DNA of 63,691 nucleotides, filler included, from Squatina squatina (Eukaryota), in assembly GCA_031763465.1 (NCBI GenBank). It is 4 parts of 4 records of this genome, joined end to end, with 100 filler letters (N's around TTAATTAATTAA, not from the genome) between each part and the next. Parts side by side here need not be neighbours in the genome. Positions count along the whole stretch, not along the records: positions 35,153 to 50,911 come from JARFOE010000233.1; positions 51,012 to 63,691 come from JARFOE010000120.1; 2 more parts are not named here. One strand, given 5' to 3'. The notes beneath the pieces are model-generated. The model saw only the letters and a list, made by a program, of their open reading frames with translations, did no database searches and had not been told where the DNA came from. Below are positions 40,540 to 53,091 of the stretch, one piece after another (the first letter of the stretch is position 1; each line of letters begins with the position of its first letter). Position numbers and translations under genes: made by a program.

Positions 40540-41006
40540 CTGTATACAGAATAAAAACAGTTTGAATGAAGAAGAAAGCAAGCTTACACAAGAGGTGCCA
40601 AATCTGGTATGGATTAAAAGAAAACATTAGTAAGCAATGCAGTGCCCACTAAAGCATATATTCTTGAAATGGATTGTTGAATGAAATAGACTGTCCCTTC
40701 ACATTACAATCGATTCAGGATGCTTTTTCATGTGGTTGTTCACTATTCTCCATTGAAGAAGGATTTACAATGGGTTACATACTCCAGAACACGTACTTTG
40801 GAATGTTAAAGGGTTAAAATAATTTTTTAATTTTAACCTAAAGTTTTATCATTATTTTGTGACAGACGGACACTTCTGCATAAAGTGTATGCGGAATGGG
40901 AAGGCTCATCTCTCTGCAGGCAAAGATGTGATTCAGCAGGTGGTGACAGGATTTAGTGCAAGAACCAGATCAGGTACAACATATGCATCTTCCCCTCTCA
41001 GCAGTC

Positions 41007-41352
41007 GGGGCCTAAATTCATCTCCTGTTGTGCCCCATTAGCGCCTCTGAGGGGCGCTAATGGGGTGTAACAGGAAAAAATGGCTGGGAGACGGCCATCT
41101 CACCGCCCGGGAAATTCAGCTGCGGTGCAAAGGCCTTTGCGCCTGGCCAGCTGAATTTTGCGGCGGGTCTGTGTGTGACATCATCAAGACGCGCGCAGAC
41201 CTGACCGCGCAGCCGCAACCCCCTTTGCAGCCCTCCCATCTGATATCGCTGGCGTGATGATATGATGCCACACCAGCGAAGTAAAGGCCAGCCATTCCAG
41301 TCGCCTCTGGGAGCGTGCTGCGGCTCACTCACGCCCCGGTGCAATGAATTCT
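41007..41352. repeat. GC-rich MITE-like repeat, family B, with internal hairpin
   Basis: Starts GGGGCCTAAATT. Perfect 13-bp inverted arms at 41033-41045 and 41053-41065. Relatives at 32849-32915 and 48748-49262. Confidence 0.7.
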
Positions 41353-43088
41353 GCGGCAGATGGNNNNNNNNNNNNNNNNNNNNNNNNNNNNNNNNNNNNN
41401 NNNNNNNNNNNNNNNNNNNNNNNNNNNNNNNNNNNNNNNNNNNNNNNNNNNNNNNNNNNNNNNTAACACTCAGTATGGTCAGTGAATTAATTTAATAATC
41501 ATTGTGGATGGTTTGATATATTAATACCAGTTGGTCTGCTCTAAACTTGTGGATCTTTTACAATTTCCAGTGATGCTTATTGTTTCTCTGCTGCAGAGTT
41601 TCCAATTAATGTTAACTATAGAATTATATAATTGTTAAAAAAAGAGACGTTTCATAATTCACATGGTTAAGCTTGTTAATTGATGCAAATTAAATCTTTA
41701 ATTGCTGTTTCCATGCCTCTGATGTTATGTGTTGCGCAAAGATTGAGACTGCCTGCTATAGCATCTAGTTAAGTGTCAGCCAGAGACAGTTTCTAATCAC
41801 TTTCAAAGCGTGTTTTGTTGTTCTTCCTCGGCTGCCCTAAAAAGAATTGGTCACTCATGGCCTGAAAAGTTTTACAACAAATTGTGTGATTAAATTCCTT
41901 AAACACTTTTGCCCATTACTAATCCTCTTTTGCCAACATCCTTTTCAGTAAAAATTGCTGCACACCATGGTGCCTGATTTATATTTCATTCCTGAACAGG
42001 AAGTAGGGGGGATTAAAGTTTAAGGATTAAAACACTTACTCTTCATTGCATTTTTGTACAGAATGTATCCTAGATACCATGTGCACTGTTCAGTGACCCT
42101 CAGCCTTTTAGTGAACCTCTTTACACATACGTAAAATATTTTAAATTAGCTTTAGGAATGTTTAAATATCTTCTTCAGATGTGCACACAGTACAACAAAT
42201 TAGGAAGCGAAAGTTTCCTCATGGTATGCACAATGTTTTTTTCAGTTTAACAGCAACAGTTATGAACCATTGTGTGAAGTGAGGAACAAAAAGGTACATA
42301 AGGCAATAAAATATAATAGGATCATTTTTCAGTAATGAGCTTCCATTTTAGTGTTCATTCACCACAGGATTAAACAGTTAATTATTTCCTCCGTGAGAAA
42401 AACATGAATTTTAACTTTGGCATAAAAAATGTAGTGTATGGCAGAAAAGCATGTTATAAACTTGAGAAAATAAAAGCCTAAAGCAGGAAGTTAACCTTAA
42501 TAAATATAAATGAGCAAAAAGATAATTTATCAGTTCTTGATTTCTGTCATTTCAAAAATATTGGCAGTTTCTTTCTTACATGAAATTATGGAAAAACTAC
42601 TTGGCATTATTGTTAATGCTGGAGATGCTAGCTTAACTAAGGAGCAATTATTTCTAACTAGAAGGTTCTGACCATAGGAAGTACTTGTTCAGTAAATGCA
42701 TAATCCACAATTACATCACTCAATATACAAAAATGGTCAATATGATTGCACCCTATTTCTGAAAAAATCACGTCATTGGGTTCAATTTCTTCTGCGTGCT
42801 ATTTTTAACTGACTGGTTAATGTGTTCTCTATTTTTAATGCAAGTATCAATGCATTTAAAATAACTGGGTGAATCACTCCTTTAAAATAGCATAGACTCT
42901 CACATGTTAATCAGTGTTTATACAATAGCACACAGGGGAAATTAAACCCAGAAATGGGCTACTTGGAATTTTAAATATCAGCAGCATTGCTTAGACTTCA
43001 AAGAAATCTGACCACAATGATAATTAATCTTCTCTATATCCAAATTTCACTCCCCCAACCCCCCACAAACATGTACACACAAAATGAT

Positions 43089-43455
43089 GGGGGTGAGATT
43101 TTCAGGGCGCCCAATTGGTCAATTAGCGCTAAAGCTAAATGGGCACTAAATGGGCTTTAGGGGTCTAATGTCCGTTTTCAGCGCTAAATGCTAAGACGTG
43201 AAATTGGTGTCTGGTTAACGTGGGCGCTAATTGGGTGCTAATCCGGGAGCGCTGAAAACGCAGCGCTGGGCATAAAATGGAGTCAATGACATCATCAGAG
43301 GGTGCAGCACACAAAATGGCCACCCGCCTGCCCATGAATTGGTCTCCGTTTTTGAGGCGTAAAACTGGCGGTGACAGCGCCTGTTTTTTTTTGGGTGCTG
43401 ACACCCAGACTGGAGGTATTTTTGGGTGCTATTTGAAGTGCTATGAGGCCCCAAC
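43089..43455. repeat. GC-rich MITE-like repeat
   Basis: GGGGTGAGATTTT start, repeated AGCGCTAAA/GGCGCTAAT motifs, ...GGCCCC end. Similar motifs near 18797 and 27527. Confidence 0.55.
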
Positions 43456-44393
43456 ATTTTGATGGCAAAAATTGCTGTTGTGACAGCTGATATTGCCTTG
43501 GAGGCATTGTGTGGGACTTGGAAAGGCCATGAGGAAGATTGTTTTTTGTCTTTGCCTCANNNNNNNNNNNNNNNNNNNNNNNNNNNNNNNNNNNNNNNNN
43601 NNNNNNNNNNNNNNNNNNNNNNNNNNNNNNNNNNNNNNNNNNNNNNNNNNNNNNNNNNNGTTCTGATTAGTCCTAATATGTACACGTGTCTGGTTATCAG
43701 TAGCATTCATGTTTTCCTGTATATCTTAATTTCATGTCTATAAGCAAAGCTTACTGAAGAGCTGGTAATTATTTCACCATTTGCTCATACATCTACCTGT
43801 ATAGGAGTAGCTCAGCAGCGAATGCCTCTGACTAAGAGGGCAAATAAATTAAATCCCAGAGTTTGACCAAATACAGTCCTTTGACTTTGTTCAAATGTGA
43901 GTTTGAATCTGGACATTTAACTATTCAACATTTACTACAGCTTACATTACCTGTCAGTAAGTTATAATGTTATCCATTCAGCAGTGTCATGCACTAAATT
44001 GAAGTGCAGTAGACACTTCCTGTGTTTGTTCTGGAATATGACTCTCAGATCTAATTGGTTCACGGTTAGCAGGGACCATGCAAAAGGATATAGAAATCCA
44101 AAGAGTAGAAAAGATCATTTTCCAGTGTATTGACTGAGGGTTACCAAATTATATCGGTTGGAAACAATGTGGCATTTCTTATTTCCTTTTTTTAATACAT
44201 ATATAGCCAGAGCTGTGTATATATTATGTTCTTGAATAATGAGGGTCACAAATTAAAGACTGAGTGTCTGCACCTTGTGTCCAAGGTATTGTTAAACTTT
44301 GAAATAAACTTTTACTATAACGAGAGAATCAACATTCTTTGTTGCTCCCGTTCCATCGCAATTCTTTTCTTCAATACCCCCTAATTAACTCAC

Positions 44394-44504
44394 CTTCTTT
44401 CTAGCCTGCTGTTCTTTTGTGGAATGCGCCTTCACATGCTTTCTGAGGGAGCTCGGGTCAGTGTACCGTTTAGTACAGCCTGGGATCTGACATGCATATG
44501 GTTT
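44394..44504 (-). CDS. GLIS3: GLIS family zinc finger 3, last C2H2 finger exon
   Basis: ttttag|[37 protein letters not shown]|gtgagt; 111 nt; not in ORF track. Confidence 0.92.
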
Positions 44505-45542
44505 CTAAAACAAAAAGAGAAAACAGCACTGGCTTTAGCACAGTGAAGATTAGTTTGATGTGAGTCGTCTAATCGAGAGCATTCCGCTGTACGTTACTCC
44601 GGTCTAATCTCAGACTAATCAACTTCACCTGGATCAGGCATGCAAGAACTGAGGTATAGATCAAAAGGTTACTGACAAAGACCCATTTTTCAATTGTGAA
44701 TAATTTAACAACACACCTTGTATGGCTGCATGCTAACCATTGAGCAGAATGACTTGCATTCCCTACCAAAACAAACTTGTTGTTAAGGTTTGACTAAATT
44801 NNNNNNNNNNNNNNNNNNNNNNNNNNNNNNNNNNNNNNNNNNNNNNNNNNNNNNNNNNNNNNNNNNNNNNNNNNNNNNNNNNNNNNNNNNNNNNNNNNNN
44901 NNNNNNNNNNNNNNNNNNNNNNNNNNNNNNNNNNNNNNNNNNNNNNNNNNNNNNNNNNNNNNNNNNNNNNNNNNNNNNNNNNNNNNNNNNNNNNNNNNNN
45001 NNNNNNNNNNNNNNNNNNNNNNNNNNNNNNNNNNNNNNNNNNNNNNNNNNNNNNNNNNNNNNNNNNNNNNNNNNNNNNNNNNNNNNNNNNNNNNNNNNNN
45101 NNNNNNNNNNNNNNNNNNNNNNNNNNNNNNNNNNNNNNNNNNNNNNNNNNNNNNNNNNNNNNNNNNNNNNNNNNNNNNNNNNNNNNNNNNNNNNNNNNNN
45201 NNNNNNNNNNNNNNNNNNNNNNNNNNNNNNNNNNNNNNNNNNNNNNNNNNNNNNNNNNNNNNNNNNNNNNNNNNNNNNNNNNNNNNNNNNNNNNNNNNNN
45301 NNNNNNNNNNNNNNNNNNNNNNNNNNNNNNNNNNNNNNNNNNNNNNNNNNNNNNNNNNNNNNNNNNNNNNNNNNNNNNNNNNNNNNNNNNNNNNNNNNNN
45401 NNNNNNNNNNNNNNNNNNNNNNNNNNNNNNNNNNNNNNNNNNNNNNNNNNNNNNNNNNNNNNNNNNNNNNNNNNNNNNNNNNNNNNNNNNNNNNNNNNNN
45501 NNNNNNNNNNNNNNNNNNNNNNNNNNNNNNNNNNNNNNNNNN

Positions 45543-45775
45543 CCAGTAGAAACAATTTCTCCTTATTTACTCTATCAAAACCCTTCATAATTTCGAACAC
45601 CTCTAATAAATCTCCACTTCAGCTTCTCTGCTCTAAGGAGAGCAACCCCAGCTTCTCTAGCCTCTCCACATAACTGAAGTCCCTAATCCCTGGTATTATT
45701 CTCGTAAATTTCCTTTGCACCCTCTCCCAGGCCTTCACATGCTTGCTAAAATGTGGGCCCAGAATTGAACACAAT
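45543..45775 (-). mobile_element. CR1 ORF2 3' fragment
   Basis: FEIMKGFDRVNKEKLFLL, preceded by an LEKLGLLSLEQR-type region. Confidence 0.8.
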
Positions 45776-45929
45776 ATTGTGTCTAACTACCATCAATTTT
45801 AGATAATTAGAGGAACGTATTTCTATGGAGACTCAAAAGACTTCTGCTTTTCTTGTTAGAACAATGCAGGTTATGGGGTAATATGATAGAGCCATTTAAA
45901 ATGATCTTCTTTCATATGGTAATAACAAA

Positions 45930-46125
45930 AAACAAATTAAATATCAATATCTATGTCAGATATCCAGGCCAATGCTTCCAGTGTAACAGCGTGGATATCT
46001 TGTAGGCTGAGTGCGAATTTCCTCTGAGGACAGTGCTCAATGATGTGATCCAGGAGCTCTGCAGTCGCATGATGGGGATGCTTTAGTCTTCCATCTATGG
46101 AAAAGTTGGCAGCATCTACCATGAC
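45930..46125 (-). mobile_element. Ingi/Vingi (I-group) LINE 3' end
   Basis: With one frameshift: WKTKASPSCDCRAP/LLDHIIEHCPQRKFALSLQDIHAVTLEALAWISDIDIDI*, a CCHC knuckle and C-terminus. Confidence 0.55.
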
Positions 46126-46139
46126 CAGTTCTGAGGCAT

Positions 46140-46500
46140 TCTGAGTTTAAAATTATGAAAGCATGGGACAGGATGGTTAGAAGCAGATTGTTTCCAGTAG
46201 TTGAGAGGTCTATAACCAGGGGGCCATAGATACCAGATTAAATGCAAGAGATATAGGATAGAGAGTAAGAACAATCTCTTTACACAGAGAGTTGTGAGGC
46301 TGCGGAATTCACTTTCAGGGTTAGTAGTTGAGGCAGAAACTAAGGCAATACTGTATTCAAGATTAGAAAGGATAGATAAATGAAGCAAAAGGGAACAGGA
46401 TGGGTAAATGTGATTACACCTACTTGATCATATGGAGGGTAAACGTTGACATGAACTGGTTGAGCTGAATGGCCTGTTTCAGTGTTGTAACTTCTATGTT
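46140..46500 (+). mobile_element. CR1 3' end
   Basis: TTTAAAATTATGAAAG...CCAGGGGGCCATAGAT...GCTGAATGGCCTGTTTC...TTCTATG. Confidence 0.75.
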
Positions 46501-48747
46501 TGTCTACAGTTAGCTCTATGGGCAGCTAGCAGCAATTGAACAACAGAATCTCCTTACTGTACTTTGGGGCTTCTACAATTTTCTTACATATTTTTCTTGT
46601 CAGTGATGCCAGTGTAAAGATGTCAGATGGCTCTATATTGTAGGCTGATCTGCACTGAACTTCACACCAAGGAGATGAGAGGTAAAAATAGTCAATGCAG
46701 GTTCCAAACATAGACCCAAATGACAAGGGCAAGCCAGGTGGGCTAGAAGTACTTTTCGTGTTCTTGTGCTCTTAATTATTATTAGAACTGAAATAATTAA
46801 CATCAATGAAAGAGATGAAAACTTGCATTGGAGATTATGCACCCAAACCTCAATAGTTTACATTGGCAAATTAGGAAAGTGCATGAATTCCATAATGAGC
46901 AAAGAATTGGACTCAGATAAACTGGATCCATCTTCACCTTTCTGGATCTTTGAGCAGTGTCACAACCCCAAAAACCGCTTGAGCTCTTTGTCTTGTGTTC
47001 TGTTACATTTGGGAATATTGCCTAGAAATTTCTGTTGCTGACATTAGTGAATGAACAATTAGAACATTTGTATGGCATTTTCATTACACTATTTTAACAC
47101 ATGCATTAACTCATTTATTTTAAAATAGCAGACTGAAGAATCTCATATGAACATTAAGTGCTTGTCTGCTATATTCTCAACTGAGTTTCTGGAATTGTAT
47201 CTCTTCTCCAGCAGGAACTGAATGGGATGAGAGGAAACTCTCTTAATGTGTTCAACTCACATGAAAAGCCAAAAGTTAAACAAGTTTAAATGATTTATTT
47301 GAATAAGTCTGAACCCACATAGGAACAGATGAAAATAATTAACTGTTGCCAATTATGTAGGGTATTTGTAGCAGAAAATAAGTTTAAAATATTCAATGTG
47401 CTGTCTGTTACATAGTCTTAAAATTATTTCCCAAGTAATATTTAATAAAATATGAAATAACGTGAAAGCATTTTATATCATATGGATGTTTTATTTCTTG
47501 GTCAATAAGCAACAGGAATTACAATAAAAGTAAAACTTTTTCAGGGCCTTGCATGTGTTAGTATTGCTGCAGTTTAGATAACATGAAGAGGTTCAAGATT
47601 AAATTAAGAGGCAAAACCAGAAATATGATGACAGGATTATTTTTTGAACTAGATTAGAACTATTTACCATAAAGTTTGAAAGATTTTATTTCTTAATAAT
47701 ATAGAGTGCTGATTTCTGAAAGAGAGACTCTTACTGTATCTAGATGTGTTCTCTGGTGTTTGGCGCGGTCACTTGAGTTGCTAAAGGCTTTTTGGCAGCC
47801 TGGATGCTGACAAAGGTAAGGTTTTTCCCCTGTATGACTTCGTAGGTGAATCTTGAGATTTTCCAGTCTCGAAAAAGCCTTATTACAGCCTTCAAACTAC
47901 AGGAAAAGATTTGAGAAACTGTTGTTAGAAGAAAGGGTCGGATACAAATTTCTAACAGGAAATGCAGCTGTTCAACAACTTTCAATTTGAATTCTTATGA
48001 TGGGACACATCCAAGATACTAACCTATCTTTTCTTTTCAGATGGTGATGGACCTATTGTGCACTTCCAACATTTTATTTCTGATTTCAATACCTGAAGGG
48101 TTTCTATGAGTCTCTTCACACTTTCCACAACAGGAATTTAGGTTNNNNNNNNNNNNNNNNNNNNNNNNNNNNNNNNNNNNNNNNNNNNNNNNNNNNNNNN
48201 NNNNNNNNNNNNNNNNNNNNNNNNNNNNNNNNNNNNNNNNNNNNGAACAACAGTCCTTAAAGGGAACACTGGAGGTCGCTGAAGAAGAGATAAGCTTTCT
48301 GGTTTCCACTTACCTTGATGTGGAGCTATGTTTGCAGGAGTGCTCCTCCTGGTTCTAGAGCAATACCGTGAACTGCCTATGGCCTACGCTCTCCCCACTC
48401 CTGTTCACTTACCCACCCACCCTGGGCCAGGACATACTTAGGGGCCCGCCTGGCATCCCAACCAGCCAATCTTCAGAAATGTTGGACTAGTGAGCTGTAT
48501 TGTAATGCCTGATTGGCATACGCTGCTTGTCTGAATTGAGGTCTGATGCCCAATTAGGGGCTACCCTCTGGCCTCTGTCTTCGGCATATATTTTGAACAA
48601 ATCGCTGATTTCATGCCAGTTCCACGTGAAAAATCAATTTCCCCATGATGTCTAAAAGGTGGTGTAGTAGTGCAATAAAAACAACACATTTTCTCGCAAA
48701 ATCATCAGCATGGGTTCGCATTCAAAATCCTTCATGTGTTAAATTCC

Positions 48748-49262
48748 TGGGGGACGAATTGCACTTTTTTTTCACCCTGTTAGCACCTCGGATGGGCGCT
48801 AATGGGGCGAAAAAGGTATCTTGGCTGGGGCGGGGTGGAAATGCCCTGGAAGGTCACGGAGGCACAAGGCCATTTGTGCTGCGCCCCACAATTATCGCCC
48901 AGGGTCGCCACGCCACGTCATCAACGCATAATGCAAGGTCCACTCAGCTGGGCTGCCATCTGTTGGCCCAGGACACCGACTAGTGTGCCGAGCTGATGGC
49001 CCGGTCTNNNNNNNNNNACGCGGCAGTCCTCACCTTGAACTGAAGCGGTGGAGCCTTGTCTGATGATCCGCAGAGCTCTGCCGCCCGAAGCGCTCTGTCA
49101 GCATCCCATTACTGCCCTGAAAGTGAGGCGGACAGCGCTTTGCCTCATTTTACGGGGTGGTAATGCCAATACCACACCAGGAGCGGAACCTCCGGGCCGG
49201 GCGGTAAAAGTTCCAACCCGGGAGCGTCACTGCCCCCGATTGGGGGGGCAAGGGAATTTCTG
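48748..49262. repeat. GC-rich MITE-like repeat, family B-related
   Basis: GGGGGACGAATT start; CCCTGTTAGCACCTCGGATGGGCGCTAATGGGG; CpG-rich body. Confidence 0.6.
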
Positions 49263-49636
49263 TGACCAGTATGGTGCCATCATAGGAGGAGGCAAACCTC
49301 AACCAATCATTTCTCCACAATGTAGAAGGGAAATTAGAAGGTGAACCCTTCCTGGGTTGCTGGTAAGGACATCCTGGTGATCATTCTCGACTGGCATTGG
49401 CAAAGGGCTTGAATGTTTTGACTACTTGGTCTTTCAGCTGGGAATGCTGCATGGAAGTAAAGGGAAAGGAAGGAAAAAAACGTGTTTTTCATTCACATCC
49501 CCAAAAGACATGATGTAATCTTGGTGAAATGTGATTATTATGCAAGGTATAAACAGAGTATAAATCTTGAGTAAACACATTTAAAGAGGTAAATTTTAAT
49601 GATATTGTTGGCTTAGGAACAGGGAATAGCCAATTA

Positions 49637-50082
49637 GAAGGAAAGAACTTGCATGTTATACAGCACCTTTCATGACCTCAGCATGTCCCAAAGCACTTCA
49701 CAGCCAATGAAGTACTTTTAAAGTATAGCCACAATCGCTATGTAGGGAAACACAGCAGCCAAATTGCTCACAGCAAGGTTCCTCAAACGGTAATGGAGCA
49801 ATGACCAGATAATTGGTTTTAGTGATGTTGGTTGAGAGATAAATGTTGCTGAGTACACCAGGATAACTCCCCTGCTCATTTTCAAATAGTGCCATGGTAA
49901 GTTTTACATCCACCTGAGACAGCAGACGGGGCCTCGGATTAACGTCTCATCTGGAAGACAGCACTTCCAATAGTGCAGAGCTCCCTCGCACTGCACTGGA
50001 GGGTCAATCTCATGTGCTCAAGTCTCTGAAGTGGAGCTTGAACCCACAACCTTTTGACTCAGAGGCGAGCGTGCTACTGCTG
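49637..50082 (-). mobile_element. Near full-length tRNA-derived Deu-domain SINE with L2-like tail
   Basis: Minus strand reads tRNA head (GTAGCACGCTCGCCTCTGAGTCAAAAGGTTGTGGGTTCAAGC), central domain (GATGAGACGTTAATCCGAGGCCCCGTCTG...CCATGGCACTATT) and tail ending AACATGCAAGTTCTTTC. Confidence 0.85.
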
Positions 50083-50955
50083 TAAGCGTAGACTGAAACT
50101 ATTGTATGAAATATTCAATATCAATGATTTTTGAGATTATTTCTTGATTAAACAGTCTGATCTATAAGTTATCTTATTTATGTGAACTTTTCAAGATAAT
50201 TACATTTTTAATATTTATTGACAATCTCCTGCATTAGTTTAAAAAAGATGAATGTTGCATCAGGCAACCAATGTGAGGTGGGATTAATTCCACATGTCCA
50301 ATCAACAATCCCACATGATGCCATTTCATCATAGTAATATGTTATTTTGCTGTCCTTGCCTTATGTGTATATACTGTCTAAAGGCTAACAGCATTGATAT
50401 TCTTCAGATCAGGTTTCAGCACTGTTTCTGATGTCAGTGAAACTAAAAACATGAAGGATTGTGTGTCAAGTAGGCCTATTCTATACCATTTGACTTCAAT
50501 TAAAAGCAGAAAGTACAAAGTCAGGCAATTCCATCAGTCAAAGTCCCATATAGCCCTATTATTAGTCACAGGTCAATGAGAGATGCTGTCTATATAACTT
50601 GACAGGCAACTTTATACCTGGGACTGTATAAAAGCGTCTGACAACTTAACTACATACATGAACAAACTTGGAAAAATGAAGTGTTTTGCAATCCTACATT
50701 AGATGAACTCTTGCAAAGCTATAGAAATAAGTCACATTTTCAAAGCAGACCTAAGTTTCATATTATTTTTTCCTGCTGAGTCCACCACCCTTGAAGGTTA
50801 CAAGTTAGATTGCAATTTATTATTCTTTTCATCACTTAAGTTATAGACCTGTCACAGTTTAATCATTCAGTCACCAACACATTTGTAATAACATTACCAA
50901 GCTGTCTGTAGNNNNNNNNNNNNNNNNNNNNNNNNNNNNNNNNNNNNNNNNNNNN

Positions 50956-50967
50956 TTAATTAATTAA
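50956..50967. other. Artificial linker TTAATTAATTAA
   Basis: Same N44-12mer-N44 structure. Confidence 0.95.
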
Positions 50968-51418
50968 NNNNNNNNNNNNNNNNNNNNNNNNNNNNNNNNN
51001 NNNNNNNNNNNACACAAATTTGGGCAGGAGGGGTGGTGGTGGGAGAGAGGCAGCTCTCTCCTGTTTGGAGTCAGAGGCCAGAATGACTCAAATTACAATT
51101 TGCAAAGTCACTGATTACAGAGGCAGGCAGAATCTAATTACGCTTTCCAGAGAAACTGCTGGGTGTGTCTTATCCTCCAAGGGGACCAATCAGCAATCAG
51201 GTCATGTGATTAAGGGGACCCAATCAGAATTTTTTAGTGTGCAAATAAACCCGTCCTTGTCAGTAAAACTCGAGATCACACTGGAAAATATTCATCCATT
51301 TATCACATCCTATCAGAAAGTGTGGCATTCAGTCACACTTGTTGCATTTATGACTGTTGTCGAGATTTAGTGGAAGCCTGAAACAGATTGTGCAGCAGTT
51401 GTATTATATTGGACTTAC

Positions 51419-51572
51419 TGTCAATGTCGACAGGACATTCATCTGGGTTTTCCACATGGCTCGCTTCTTCTGTCATGATTATATTTTCTATGTCTTTCAT
51501 TGACAAATGCTCACAGAACGCCTCATAAAGGAGTCTCTTCAGCTCTTCCACCGTCATTCTCTGCATATCGCA
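51419..51572 (-). CDS. CABP7: Calcium-binding protein 7 (calneuron-2)-like exon
   Basis: ctgcag|CDMQRMTVEELKRLLYEAFCEHLSMKDIENIIMTEEASHVENPDECPVDID|gtaagt; 154 nt. FCEHLSMKDIENIIMTEE and CPVD are CABP7-type rather than CALN1-type. Confidence 0.85.
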
Positions 51573-52388
51573 CTGCAGGACAAATCAAACAACANNNNNN
51601 NNNNNNNNNNNNNNNNNNNNNNNNNNNNNNNNNNNNNNNNNNNNNNNNNNNNNNNNNNNNNNNNNNNNNNNNNNNNNNNNNNNNNNNNNNNNNNTATGTC
51701 AATAAAGTAAGAATACATTTACTGAGATATGCTAAACAATATGAATATTCTTGTCAATCATTTGTCTGTATGATCTCTCGCAGCCATTCTCAGACACGTG
51801 ATAAAATACAGAATTTCTATATTTTTATTATAATTCCCTACCTACTTGATATGATTTCCTGTTAATTAGATTTATTAAAATTGCATATTCGTTTAGATTT
51901 ATACAGCTCTCATCTTGAGTAATTACAACAATGAAAGATAATTTTACTCAAATTTTATCCTGCATATATAGGGAATGAAAGATGAAAACTACAGTTAAGT
52001 AGCCTTTAAGTGATTCAGGCACAGTGCTGTCATAAATCATCCCTGACACAAGGATTCCATGGTGATTTGAATGTGAATGAGATATTCAGGATGGAGCAGA
52101 AGGAATCAAGGTGATCATCCTCATGGCACCCTCCGATCTTGTTGCCAATATTTTACATAAGTCCCTTCTTTAACAAAAGAGAAATGAAGAAGGAGAGGAG
52201 CATGTGTTGCTTGTTTGATGACAGGAGTCTTTCCAAATAAATGCATATGTTATTTATTAAGATCACCCTTTGATGTGATAATTAATTAAGTTAACATATG
52301 GCACAACAAAAGCAGTCTTGGGCGGCATGACTTGAACATATACAAGTATCGAAACTCTTAAAGGATGTGGCTGCTGCCACTGAAATGA

Positions 52389-52425
52389 ATTGGTTGCGCA
52401 TGCGCAGTCTCTGTTTTTTTCCGGT
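52389..52425. promoter_or_regulatory. NRF1-type palindrome with adjacent CCAAT and ETS-like motifs
   Basis: ATTGG at 52389, TGCGCATGCGCA at 52395-52406, TTCCGG near 52419. Confidence 0.4.
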
Positions 52426-52734
52426 GGTTCCGATTTAAAAAAAAACTGTTGGGCGAAACTATGCTGTGAAGCTATTTGCAGCTTCTGGTTCGTTGGCAGC
52501 AGTCACTCCGTATTATAGTATAAATCATTAAAATGGAGCCTCCATAAGTTCAATTCTAACTAATCAGAGAAGTGGTCTTTCAGAAGTCCCAATATTAGCA
52601 GCTAGACCCCATGTATGNNNNNNNNNNNNNNNNNNNNNNNNNNNNNNNNNNNNNNNNNNNNNNNNNNNNNNNNNNNNNNNNNNNNNNNNNNNNNNNNNNN
52701 NNNNNNNNNNNNNNNNNTTTCATTTTATTCACAG

Positions 52735-53091
52735 ATGGAATCCAGGAAAAGACTTGCAAAAACAGTGCTGGTGTTTGTCGGTTTCTTTGCTGTAAGCTGG
52801 CTCCCCAGTCACATCATCTACCTATATCGTTCCTACCATTACAGACAGGTGGACACCTCCTTAGCACATCTGGTTGCCAGCATCTGTGCCAGAATTCTTG
52901 CTTTCAGCAACTCGTGCGTTAACCCCTTCGCCCTCTACCTGCTGAGCAAGACCTTCAGAAAACAATTCAACAACAACCTGTTTTGCTGCAGGAGCCGTCT
53001 CATCATACGCACAACCAGCATGGGCAGGAGCACCACCGCTTCACGGATGACATCCCTCAAAAGCACGAACCACACCCAACACAAAAACTGA
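52735..53091 (+). CDS. GRPR: Gastrin-releasing peptide receptor-like (bombesin receptor), last coding exon (TM6, TM7, tail)
   Basis: cacag|[42 protein letters not shown]...[24 protein letters not shown]...[20 protein letters not shown] and MTSLKSTN are GRPR-type. Orthologue versus paralogue is unresolved. Confidence 0.8.
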   Translation: MESRKRLAKTVLVFVGFFAVSWLPSHIIYLYRSYHYRQVDTSLAHLVASICARILAFSNSCVNPFALYLLSKTFRKQFNNNLFCCRSRLIIRTTSMGRSTTASRMTSLKSTNHTQHKN

